A DNA stretch of 64,000 bases from an uncultured Candidatus Saccharibacteria bacterium. Its GTDB lineage: Bacteria; Patescibacteriota; Minisyncoccia; Phycocordibacterales; SBAW01. Numbering within the stretch: position 1 is the stretch's first letter; each line of letters starts with the position of its first letter. The position numbers and the translations under genes were made by a program. The notes beneath the pieces were generated by a model that saw nothing but the letters and a program-made list of their open reading frames with translations, was not told where the DNA came from and made no database searches. Location: positions 104,687 to 168,686 of the forward strand of contig CAZTNI010000002.1 in assembly GCA_964615415.1 (NCBI GenBank), written 5' to 3'. Below are positions 55,674 to 64,000 of this stretch, in pieces.

Positions 55674-56217
55674 CACAGCAACATTCGGATTTTGGATCTA
55701 CCTCATGAGCGATGTGGTGCTTTTTGCATCGCTCTTTGCAACGTTTGCGGTGCTGCAAGGCGCAACGTTCGGTGGACCGACTCCAAAAGAATTATTTGAC
55801 CTACAGTTTGTGTTGTTTGAAACGCTGATCCTTCTTACCTCAAGTTTTACTGTGGGATTAAGTCTTTTGTCTGCACATGCAGGGAAGCGACAAGCAACGC
55901 TTATCTTCCTCGGCATGACCCTGCTTTTAGGCTTAGGATTTTTGGCGATGGAACTGACCGAGTTTCGTCATCTTATTGCGGAAGGGCATGGTCCCGGAAC
56001 GAATGCATATCTCTCCTCATTCTTTACGCTCGTCGGGACGCACGGACTCCATGTCTTTTTTGGCGCACTATGGATGATAGTGACGATGGTCTTTATTGCG
56101 CTGCGCGGCCTTGACCGTGCGCTCACAAAACTTGCGTGCCTCTCGCTGTTTTGGCACTTCCTTGATGTGATCTGGATATTTATTTTTACGCTGGTGTATC
56201 TTATTCCGATGCTATAA
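55657..56217 (+). CDS. cyoC: quinol oxidase subunit III
   Basis: [24 protein letters not shown] is a conserved subunit III N-terminus; start within the overlap with cyoB is uncertain. Confidence 0.75.
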   Translation: MKEHTNTATFGFWIYLMSDVVLFASLFATFAVLQGATFGGPTPKELFDLQFVLFETLILLTSSFTVGLSLLSAHAGKRQATLIFLGMTLLLGLGFLAMELTEFRHLIAEGHGPGTNAYLSSFFTLVGTHGLHVFFGALWMIVTMVFIALRGLDRALTKLACLSLFWHFLDVIWIFIFTLVYLIPML

Positions 56218-56222
56218 ATCGT

Positions 56223-56552
56223 ATGCTTACTTCATCGCGCACATATGTTATAGGGTTCGCACTCTCTACACTGCTGACGCTTGCTGCGTTTGGCTTGGTC
56301 TTTCAATACATAGCAGGAAGTTTGCCCATAGCGCGCGAGTGGCTCATTGTTGCGCTTCTGGTGTTCGCGGTCGCGCAGTTGATCGTACAGGTAACGTGCT
56401 TCCTCCACTTAGGATCAGAAACAAAACCGCGCTGGCAACTCATCACGTTCCTCTTTTCCCTCCTTGTTGTAGTAATTTTAGTAGGAGGCAGCATTTGGAT
56501 CATGACCCATCTCACGCACAACATGATGCAAGACACCTCGCACGTGTGGTAG
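56223..56552 (+). CDS. cyoD: quinol oxidase subunit IV
   Basis: 109 aa, 3 TM helices, position in operon. Confidence 0.7.
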   Translation: MLTSSRTYVIGFALSTLLTLAAFGLVFQYIAGSLPIAREWLIVALLVFAVAQLIVQVTCFLHLGSETKPRWQLITFLFSLLVVVILVGGSIWIMTHLTHNMMQDTSHVW

Positions 56553-56644
56553 GGTTGGAGCGAAGTGCTTTGCAAAAAAGAGGCTATGACTTGGGCTAGC
56601 GCCCCCGGAGCGCACTCTTTTTTGTAATGCACGAGCTACTACAC

Positions 56645-57370
56645 ATGTCCGCAATCATTAAAAAATATTACTACCTCGCAAAGCCGGGGATCGTGCGCAG
56701 TAACGCGCTCGCTGCTGCGGCAGGTTTTGTATTTGCTTCAAGCGGCGCGATCAATTGGGGAGTGTTTGCCGCAATGTTGTTGGGATTGATAGGAATCATC
56801 GCAAGTGGCTGCGTGTTTAATAATTACTACGACCGCGACATAGACGCGCGCATGGAACGAACGGCAAAACGCGCCCTTGTGCGCGGCACTATTTCCGACG
56901 CACATGCACTTATATATGGAACAGTATTAGGAGTCCTGGGTGGGGCAGTGCTGCTTTTATATACTAATTTCCTGACGTTTGCTGTCGCGCTTGTCGGCTT
57001 TGGTGTGTACGTGCTCCTCTATACGCCGGTTAAACACAAACACCCTGTAGCGCTGTTTATCGGCGCTGTTGCGGGCGCAGTGCCACCGGTCGTGGGTTAT
57101 GTTGCGGTAACCAATACGTTCGACTGGTGGGCAGTGGTTCTCTTTACCTTTTTATATGTGTGGCAGTTGGTGCACTTTATGGCGATAGCGGTCTATCGGT
57201 ATGACGAGTATACGGCTGCTGGCGTGCCTCTCTATATAAAGGAGCGTCCGTCAGATGCCACAAAACAGAAAGCAAAAAAAGTATTTCACGTCTCGCTCGT
57301 TGTACTGCTTTTGTTTTGTGCAGGTCTTGTCGTGTATAGTTTATTGACTTTATTTAAAATTATTATATAA
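56645..57370 (+). CDS. cyoE: protoheme IX farnesyltransferase (heme O synthase)
   Basis: UbiA-family polytopic protein after cyoD; YYDRDIDARMERT motif. Confidence 0.8.
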   Translation: MSAIIKKYYYLAKPGIVRSNALAAAAGFVFASSGAINWGVFAAMLLGLIGIIASGCVFNNYYDRDIDARMERTAKRALVRGTISDAHALIYGTVLGVLGGAVLLLYTNFLTFAVALVGFGVYVLLYTPVKHKHPVALFIGAVAGAVPPVVGYVAVTNTFDWWAVVLFTFLYVWQLVHFMAIAVYRYDEYTAAGVPLYIKERPSDATKQKAKKVFHVSLVVLLLFCAGLVVYSLLTLFKIII

Positions 57371-57453
57371 TACCGTCGGTTTTGAACTTTGTAATCTACT
57401 GCAGTTTCAAGATGCATTTCGCATCTCGATAATCAACAAGGAGAGGTACGTTC

Positions 57454-59013
57454 ATGTACAATCGTTCTCTGACTGCTGCTGCGGCGCTCCGTGCTACAGT
57501 GGTGCCCGGACTGTATCGGGAGCTGCCGCTCGAGTCTATCCTTCCGGAGTTCTTTTACGACAAAGGTTACGACCTTGGCGTTGTAAAAGATCTTGCACGG
57601 AAGAGTTATCTCGGCAGTATGCTCGATGGCCTGTTTATGCGTGGCGGAGCTTTCGCTGATGCTTCATCAGTGTTCGAATACTTTGCATTGCGTGACGTGG
57701 GTGGTGTTCGGCGTCATGGAATCACAATTCCATACACCGGCACGCCCGACCAAAACCTCGAAATCGACCGTGTTCTCACGACACTGTCTGACTCTAGTCG
57801 GTTCCTAGGGGAAGGAGCGGGTTCTTCGTTTAAAACGAGGCACTTCTCTCATCCGCCTGATTACCTGCACGTGCCTATAGCGATCGTCGGATATGGTGCG
57901 GCGGGGATCATGGTCCACCGGGCACTCCGCGACCTCGGCTTCGAGAAAATAACCATCTTCGAACGGCGCGAGGCGCTCGGGATCTGGTCCCAGCGGAATG
58001 TCTTTGATGGATCCAGGAACAATCCTCGCAGAATCGAATTCCAGGATTTTAGACTCGACTCAGCTCCGGGAGGAGGAGATGAAGTGAAGAAGTTTCTCCT
58101 TGACTCAAGCATCTTAAGACCGGATCGGCTCGAAGTCGACGAGATCGTTCCTTCCGACCTTGGGCACTTACTCAGTGTCAAAGGAAAAGAGCCTGATGTG
58201 CGGACGTTTCCGATCGTCATCAACTGCTGCGGTATCGGCAAGCCGGTGCCGCTTTCCGACCCCGAACGTATGCTGGGGCCAGATGAGCGGGTGCCGGCGG
58301 TTCGCTGGCAGATGCAGCTCGAGGAAAAGGACGCTCGGAGAAAGCGTTTCATCCTGATCGGTCTTGGGAATTCGACCGCGGAAATGCTTCGGCAGATCCA
58401 CGCCCTCCAGGACGAAGGCGTTGACGTCGACTATCGGGTCCTTACCCACTATCCGCGCGACGCGGTCTTCAACCCCTCTCACTCTGTGGAGTTGCACGGG
58501 AGGATCTATCGAGTCTTTCGCGACCTAAGTCGGCCTGAGCTAACGTCCTTTCAGGGCGATCTGCCAGTCTCCCGAGAAGACTACTACCGGGCGCTTCACG
58601 GCGGCCGGATATTTTCTGGAGTCACGCAGTGGGATGTGTCTCAAAACGGCAGGCTCGGCGTTTGGCAAGGAAATGATAGAGGAGACGCTCATACGGAGCT
58701 GTCCTACGACGCTCTGTATGCGTTGATCGGGTATCGCCACTCGAAGGAGAGTTTCGAGGCGATGGGGTGCACCTACGACCACGTTGGAAGGTGTGCTCAA
58801 TACGACTACGACGGCGAGATGATCCGTACGCCGGGCAAAACCGGTGGGGATCGCGTGCATAAGGGATACTTCGGGTTCGGTGCGGTGCTGGATGCACCGC
58901 ATAACCGCAACACGAGCGTCATTCCCGGCATGCTATTCCGCCTCCCGGACCTCATCTTCGGCATCACTATGCGAGCCGGAGAGTGGGTCCGCCGGGAGCG
59001 GGTCAAGCATTGA
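57454..59013 (+). CDS. FAD/NAD(P)-binding class-B flavoprotein monooxygenase-like protein
   Basis: Two Rossmann dinucleotide motifs (IAIVGYGAAGIMVHRAL...IFERRE and FILIGLGNSTAEM); ~60% GC; 130-aa N-terminal extension. Confidence 0.5.
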   Translation: MYNRSLTAAAALRATVVPGLYRELPLESILPEFFYDKGYDLGVVKDLARKSYLGSMLDGLFMRGGAFADASSVFEYFALRDVGGVRRHGITIPYTGTPDQNLEIDRVLTTLSDSSRFLGEGAGSSFKTRHFSHPPDYLHVPIAIVGYGAAGIMVHRALRDLGFEKITIFERREALGIWSQRNVFDGSRNNPRRIEFQDFRLDSAPGGGDEVKKFLLDSSILRPDRLEVDEIVPSDLGHLLSVKGKEPDVRTFPIVINCCGIGKPVPLSDPERMLGPDERVPAVRWQMQLEEKDARRKRFILIGLGNSTAEMLRQIHALQDEGVDVDYRVLTHYPRDAVFNPSHSVELHGRIYRVFRDLSRPELTSFQGDLPVSREDYYRALHGGRIFSGVTQWDVSQNGRLGVWQGNDRGDAHTELSYDALYALIGYRHSKESFEAMGCTYDHVGRCAQYDYDGEMIRTPGKTGGDRVHKGYFGFGAVLDAPHNRNTSVIPGMLFRLPDLIFGITMRAGEWVRRERVKH

Positions 59014-59054
59014 GCTTCATGCAACTCCAACAAAGAAACGGAGGAACACGCACT

Positions 59055-59681
59055 ATGACGCTCACTCAACAGGGCCGAGCCGCGCGAGCGGCAGAAGCCC
59101 CGATCGTTGAAGGGCTTCCGCCCTTTCCCGGAATCATTGCGGCGATGCACCTCACTCCTACACTCGGGGTGCATCTGTGTGGCCTGGCGCAGACACTCAT
59201 GGTCGAGCCCTTCCCGGGTTCGACCATGGAGCGGAGCGAACGCGAGCTGATCGCGCTCCATGTCTCTGTGCGAAACGGCTGCTACTTCTGCGCCGATTCG
59301 CACGGGGAATTCGTCCGCCATCTCCTTCTTGGTGATGGGTGTGACGATGTATACTCCGCACGCGTGGTGGAGGAACTGAAAGAGGGCTGGCTTGAGAGCC
59401 AGCCCGACATGATGAAGGTCCTTCTCAAGATCGCAGAGCAGGTGGCGGAAGACCCGCTTACGCTCTCTGCAGACCTCGTCAGTAGGGCGCAGGACCTCGG
59501 GGCAACTCCTGGCGATATTCACCTTACGGTGCTTATCGCGAGTGCGTTCTCGATGTACAACCGGATCGTCGACGGTCTTCGGGCCGTAACGCCGGGCGAC
59601 CCAGCCGCCTTTACCGAGGCAGCACAGCGGGTCGTCGCTCACGGCTACATGCCGCCGAGTGCAACCCCTGCCCACCTGTAA
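59055..59681 (+). CDS. AhpD/carboxymuconolactone decarboxylase-family protein
   Basis: NGCYFCADSH (CxxCxxxH AhpD-like motif); AGGAGG RBS; terminator at 59702-59732. Confidence 0.6.
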   Translation: MTLTQQGRAARAAEAPIVEGLPPFPGIIAAMHLTPTLGVHLCGLAQTLMVEPFPGSTMERSERELIALHVSVRNGCYFCADSHGEFVRHLLLGDGCDDVYSARVVEELKEGWLESQPDMMKVLLKIAEQVAEDPLTLSADLVSRAQDLGATPGDIHLTVLIASAFSMYNRIVDGLRAVTPGDPAAFTEAAQRVVAHGYMPPSATPAHL

Positions 59682-59701
59682 GGGCAGAAAACAAGTTCTT
59701 C

Positions 59702-59732
59702 AGCCACCCCAAACGGGGTGGCTTTTTTCTTA
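59702..59732. terminator. bidirectional terminator
   Basis: AGCCACCCC-AAAC-GGGGTGGCT + TTTTTTCTT. Confidence 0.75.
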
Positions 59733-60260
59733 CACACTTTTATTTTTTATACTCCAAAGGTGGATGAGGTAGGGCACAATGGAGCCGATAAGGAACGCGC
59801 CCACCGCGCTGGTAAGCAAAGTAAGTGGCTGCATATTGTGGAAAAGAACCGTCGTAAGTCCTACTAAGTTAATAAGCACGAGCGCGCTCATTATGGTGTA
59901 GAAGTTAAGGAAGGTGAGCCAACTAAACTCTTTTACTTCGTCAGTATGAATATGCGCAAAGTGTCGCATGTAGTGCATAAGGCCTTCCATTTTGATGCGC
60001 AACTCGGCAGCGCGGACGCCTACAAAATAACCAGTCAACACTCCTACAAAAAACGCAGGGATCGTGTAGGGGAGTGTAATGAGCGTATATTCGCGGAAGG
60101 AAATAGTGAGGGTGAGGATAATAAATATATAGAACGAGGTCATCAGCAGACGCGCACGACGGAAGTAGTCGTCCACAGCAAATTTAATCGCGGTGCTGTA
60201 GATAAAAAACGCCGTTAAAAGCGCAATAGTTAAAGTAATAGTGAGCGGAAGCTGTTCCAT
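59730..60260 (-). CDS. hypothetical polytopic membrane protein
   Basis: 176 aa with 5-6 TM helices. Confidence 0.4.
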   Translation of the reverse strand: MEQLPLTITLTIALLTAFFIYSTAIKFAVDDYFRRARLLMTSFYIFIILTLTISFREYTLITLPYTIPAFFVGVLTGYFVGVRAAELRIKMEGLMHYMRHFAHIHTDEVKEFSWLTFLNFYTIMSALVLINLVGLTTVLFHNMQPLTLLTSAVGAFLIGSIVPYLIHLWSIKNKSV

Positions 60261-60516
60261 AGAATCTTGTTAAAACTGTATCATATAAATGAACCACCCC
60301 TTACGTAGCGTATGTATAGGCATGTTCTCCCACTAAAAAACGGCTTTGTTGCAAAGTAGAAAAAAATTCTACACACATTTCGCTTTCTACGACAAAAAAT
60401 ATTTCTAGTAAACTTGCGCACTTGTCAAAGAAATTTTCGAAAATCTTATACACAGCAATAAACCCTTAATTCAGGAGTCCTTCATTTTTTGTACTCTACA
60501 ATTCGAGCGTGTGTGA

Positions 60517-60536
60517 TTCATGAATTAGTTCATGAA
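60517..60536. promoter_or_regulatory. tandem palindromic 8-mers TTCATGAA-TTAG-TTCATGAA in the tasA-like leader
   Basis: Two self-complementary TTCATGAA copies 4 nt apart inside the 480-bp AT-rich region upstream of 60744. Confidence 0.35.
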
Positions 60537-60743
60537 GGAGTTCCGTTCCTTTATCACTAAGATTCCGCAACAGCACTATATGGGAATAGTGTCGGTGAGA
60601 ATTTGCAGCAGGGTTCCCGCAACAAAGGCCACGTTTGGTCGCGCAACTTGTGCGTGCCTAAGCGCGGTCTTTTTTGTTGCCACCTTTGGTCGATGAAGGT
60701 GGTGCCCGCTGTGTTTGTGGTTACTAACTAATTAAAATAATTA

Positions 60744-62300
60744 ATGAAACGAATCATTATGAGTTTGGGCGCCATCGTAGTTGTTGGCGCAATAGCAGCA
60801 AGTGCAACGGGCGCATTCTTTAGCGACACAGAAACATCAACAGGTAACACGTTTGCAGCGGGAGATATCGACTTGAAGATTGATAACGAGAGTTATGTAA
60901 CAGATGTGAACGGTACCTTGGTTGCAAGTCCAAATAACTCTTGGAGCATTTCCGACCTTACTAACCAACTCTTCTTTAGCTTTGCAGACGTAAAGCCAGG
61001 AGATGTGGGCGAAGACACGATCTCAGTTCATGCGGGTAGTAACGATGCGTATGCATGTATGGCCGCTGACATAACTGCTACACCAGAAAATACACTTGTT
61101 GACCCAGAAGTGGACGCGCTTGATGCTGGTCCAGCTAATGGAGACAATGGTGAACTTCAGAACTTCCTTAATTTCTCATTCTGGAACGATGACGGAGATA
61201 ATGTCTACGAATCTGATGAGACGATCATTCAGAGTCTTAGTGGTTCTGCAAACACAATCTTTAACGGTGCGTGGAGTCAGATCGGTACAACGACTATTCC
61301 AGGCAACTCAACTGCGTATGTTGCTAAGGCGTGGTGCTTCGGTACTCTCACGCCAAATCCAGTTGCTCAGGATAATGGTTCAGACGAAGGTCGTAGTCCT
61401 TTATCAGACGGGACTGGGTTCACTTGCGATGGTTCAGGTAACAACAACATTGCACAGACCGACGGTGTAGTAATGGATGTTTCCTTCTATGCAGTCCAGG
61501 CTCGTAATAACAGTGACTTTAGCTGTTCAAGTCTTCCTCCGTTTGTTGGCGAGGATAATGAAGTCGTAGTTGCAGACTATGCGACTGGCTTTGAACCAGG
61601 CGAAGGTTTTGCGCCGGGTAATATTAACGGTCAGAGTGGATGGAAAAAGACCGGAACGTACGATGCAGTAGTTGTTAATGATCCTGTGATTGCTAACGCA
61701 CAATCGCTCCGCATCTCTAATGCGGTTACAAGTGGTGCGTTTGGTGACCAGACTTTTGCTCCTGACCTTGCAAATGGAGCAGGAGAGACAGGTATTGGAG
61801 ACAGTGAAAATCATTTCGAAGCGCAGTTCGATATCAAATCAACACAGGCTGCGCAACAGCCTGGCTTGATACTTTCTGTCTCGCCAGATGATGGAAACGG
61901 AGCCCGTATGAGCTATCTTCGCTTTGAGGATCAAGCTGATGGTATCCATGTGTTCTTCTCTGAGGCTCAAAACGCAGGTCCATTACCTACCGCTACTAAC
62001 TTCACAAGTGAAGACATAGCTACTATCGATCGCACTAGTGCACACACGATTAAATTCGTTATGGACTTTGTAGATGGTCCAGGCAACGATGTTGTAAAGA
62101 TCTACGTTGACGGTGTCCTCAAGAAAACAGGAACCAGTTGGGAAAATTACTACCGCTTCGACCCTGAACAAACTGGCGGCGGCAACCTCCTCTCTGAGGT
62201 AGATACCCTTATCTTCCGCGCAGGAGGCACCGCAGCTCCAGCAACGAGTGGTAATGGCTTCCTCTTCGACAAAGTAACGCTTACAACTAGCAATATCTAG
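60744..62300 (+). CDS. TasA/CalY/camelysin-family secreted protein with SipW-type signal peptide
   Basis: MKRIIMSLGAIVVVGAIAASATGAFFSDTETSTGNTFAAGDIDL is a SipW-cognate signal peptide plus camelysin N-domain; large C-terminal extension. Confidence 0.8.
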   Translation: MKRIIMSLGAIVVVGAIAASATGAFFSDTETSTGNTFAAGDIDLKIDNESYVTDVNGTLVASPNNSWSISDLTNQLFFSFADVKPGDVGEDTISVHAGSNDAYACMAADITATPENTLVDPEVDALDAGPANGDNGELQNFLNFSFWNDDGDNVYESDETIIQSLSGSANTIFNGAWSQIGTTTIPGNSTAYVAKAWCFGTLTPNPVAQDNGSDEGRSPLSDGTGFTCDGSGNNNIAQTDGVVMDVSFYAVQARNNSDFSCSSLPPFVGEDNEVVVADYATGFEPGEGFAPGNINGQSGWKKTGTYDAVVVNDPVIANAQSLRISNAVTSGAFGDQTFAPDLANGAGETGIGDSENHFEAQFDIKSTQAAQQPGLILSVSPDDGNGARMSYLRFEDQADGIHVFFSEAQNAGPLPTATNFTSEDIATIDRTSAHTIKFVMDFVDGPGNDVVKIYVDGVLKKTGTSWENYYRFDPEQTGGGNLLSEVDTLIFRAGGTAAPATSGNGFLFDKVTLTTSNI

Positions 62301-62403
62301 TTCTCTCTAGCCGTTCACAGTCTCGCTTAGGCGGGGCTGTGCGGGCTGGTGAGAATTCTCCAGCATCGTTGGTAAATTAATAATTTTTATTCAGACATTC
62401 ATT

Positions 62404-63789
62404 ATGAGACGCATACTTCTTGGGCTGATAGCTATCGTGGGTGCAGGGTCTGCACTTTACGTCGGCAGTACGGGGGCATTCTTTAGCGACACGGAAACAT
62501 CCTCAGGTAACACGTTTGCTGCAGGCGCTATCGACCTTCTGGTCGACAACGAAAGCTACTACAACGGCGTGCTGAACCAAGGCACCACGTGGGAGGCAGT
62601 AAACCTCACTATCCAGAAGTTTTTTGACTTCGACGACGTAAAACCTGCCGACTACGGCGAGGATACTATTTCGCTCCATGTCGACACCAACGATGCGTAC
62701 CTCTGTGCTGAAGTATCGCTTACATCGAACGACGACAACGGCATTAACGAGCCTGAAGGCGATGCGGGTGACACGACCGACGGTCCGGGGAATGGCGAGC
62801 TTGCCGACGCAATGAACTTTGTCTGGTGGGCGGACGATGGCGACAATGTGCTTGAAACGAACGAGCAAGTAATCTCGCAGGGTCCTATTGGTGCACTCGA
62901 CCTTAACGCGACGACTACTGTTGCGCTTGCAGACTCTGCAACAAATATCTGGGGCGGCGTGGGACCAATTGATGGCGACACCACTTACTACGTTGGTAAA
63001 GCATGGTGCTTTGGTGCGATAGGCACTGCTCCCATTACGCAAGATGGTAATGGGACAACCATGTCTCCTGCTGGCGACAATAATGGCAATCAGACTATCG
63101 GCGAGCCAGAAGACGGCGGCATAACCTGCAACGGTGCGGACCTCGGAAACGAAACGCAGACAGACTCTGTTACTGCAGATGTCTCCTTCCGTGCAGTGCA
63201 GGCGCGCAATAACCCGAGCTTCCTGTGTGTGCCGCCTCCACCACCACCGACCTTTGGCGCCTGCGAACTTCCCACGCTCGCATATGCCGACAGTGTCGTT
63301 TCTTCAAGCCAAGGTGTTCGTAAAAATAACACTGCAGTTCTTGCGAACCGCAGCAACACCGCTTCAGTCCTTGGTGCACCACAATCATCTGGTCTTGCGT
63401 CCGACCCAGCAGTACCGGCAGGGAGCTTCTTCTCCCTCGGGTTCAAAAATAGTGGTGCAACGGATGGTGGCTCTATCATCGTCGAGTTTACCGATAACGT
63501 TATAGTGGACGGTCCGGGTAACGACCTCCAGGTGTGGGAAGTAACGGGCGGCACCTATCCAGATGAATTCGTAAAAGTTGAAGTCTCGCAAGATGGAGTA
63601 AGTTGGTTTACTGCGGCTGCAAGTCTCTCGCGCGATGCACAGGCTGACCTTGCAGGTTCGGGTCTTGCGTGGGCAAAGTTCATCCGCTTAACCGATGTAA
63701 CTCCTATTGGTCCGTTTGAAGCAGAGGCAGATGCCTACGACCTAGACGCCTTCAGCGCACTTAACTGCGGCGTGCCTCTGATTGATTAA
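62404..63789 (+). CDS. TasA/CalY/camelysin-family secreted protein (paralog 2)
   Basis: MRRILLGLIAIVGAGSALYVGSTGAFFSDTETSSGNTFAAGAIDL; PPPPPT linker then a distinct C-terminal domain. Confidence 0.8.
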   Translation: MRRILLGLIAIVGAGSALYVGSTGAFFSDTETSSGNTFAAGAIDLLVDNESYYNGVLNQGTTWEAVNLTIQKFFDFDDVKPADYGEDTISLHVDTNDAYLCAEVSLTSNDDNGINEPEGDAGDTTDGPGNGELADAMNFVWWADDGDNVLETNEQVISQGPIGALDLNATTTVALADSATNIWGGVGPIDGDTTYYVGKAWCFGAIGTAPITQDGNGTTMSPAGDNNGNQTIGEPEDGGITCNGADLGNETQTDSVTADVSFRAVQARNNPSFLCVPPPPPPTFGACELPTLAYADSVVSSSQGVRKNNTAVLANRSNTASVLGAPQSSGLASDPAVPAGSFFSLGFKNSGATDGGSIIVEFTDNVIVDGPGNDLQVWEVTGGTYPDEFVKVEVSQDGVSWFTAAASLSRDAQADLAGSGLAWAKFIRLTDVTPIGPFEAEADAYDLDAFSALNCGVPLID

Positions 63790-63812
63790 AACAACAAATC
63801 GACTTCCTGCTG

Positions 63813-64000
63813 ATGAAAAAAACTTCACGACACATAGGTAAGAGAGCGCTCCTCATTTTTGGAGCACTCTCCCTTGTCGTGGGTCTCTCGCAACTACGTG
63901 CAGAGGCGACGGGTACAACGTTTGCGGGTGGCAACTTTGACCTGAAGGTAGACAGTGAGGCGAGCTATAACGGCGCTCCTGTCCCGGGAGGCACATGGTC
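63813..64000 (+). CDS. TasA/camelysin-family protein (paralog 3, 5' partial; runs off window)
   Basis: MKKTSRHIGKRALLIFGALSLVVGLSQLRAEATGTTFAGGNFDLKVD; no stop before the window end. Confidence 0.55.
   Translation, partial: MKKTSRHIGKRALLIFGALSLVVGLSQLRAEATGTTFAGGNFDLKVDSEASYNGAPVPGGTW

Noticed and set aside
60532-60705. 57-aa ORF (MKEFRSFITKIPQQ...) inside the tasA-like leader
   Set aside because: No RBS, it overlaps predicted regulatory palindromes, and it is below the size threshold. It is more likely non-coding leader sequence.
1-64000. CRISPR arrays, IS elements, transposases, integrases
   Set aside because: No regularly spaced direct repeats and no DDE or tyrosine recombinase-like ORFs were seen anywhere in the window.

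Overview
This 64-kb window comes from a bacterium with roughly 45-60% GC and many short-gap plus-strand gene runs ending in clear rho-independent terminators. The gene content (cyo quinol oxidase, type IV pilin, SipW-type TasA/camelysin paralogs, NadV/NadM salvage) loosely suggests a Gram-positive-like or CPR/Saccharibacteria-like lineage, but that is only a guess. Housekeeping content: purN, typA/bipA, tgt, uvrB, uvrA, a short uvrC, ddl, msrA, an FKBP isomerase, an RlmB-like methyltransferase, tRNA-Ala(TGC), tRNA-Pro(CGG) and a cyoABCDE quinol-oxidase operon. Accessory and notable content, in window order: (1) a DUF-rich block at 146-2721. (2) A complete NrtR-type NAD-salvage regulon on the minus strand (nrtR, an ADP-ribosylglycohydrolase, nadM-Nudix, nadV) with four 21-bp palindromic operators of the form TTAGTGT-N7-ACACTAA. 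(3) Divergent from nrtR and sharing its operators, a two-gene unit encoding a J-domain (HPD) protein fused to a catalytically dead kinase-like domain, plus a vWA/MIDAS protein. (4) A divergent PurA (adenylosuccinate synthetase) paralog with substitutions in the IMP/Asp-binding motifs. (5) Downstream of tRNA-Pro, which carries a tandem 29-nt partial duplication, a GC-richer block encoding an E2(UBC)-like protein (catalytic motif HPH-x8-PCFGN), a minimal ThiF/MoeB-type E1, and a ThiS/MoaD-like beta-grasp protein ending -KGS. Its neighbours are a coiled-coil membrane protein, a membrane protein and an HTH protein, and three of these genes carry near-identical sigma70-type promoters. This is the best candidate for a novel ubiquitin-like conjugation (Bil/Bub-like) system. 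(6) An FMO-like and AhpD-like cassette. (7) Three tandem TasA/camelysin-family secreted proteins. (8) A 340-nt non-coding, terminator-bounded region between uvrB and uvrA that may be a structured RNA. Several GC-rich genes produce long spurious antisense ORFs.
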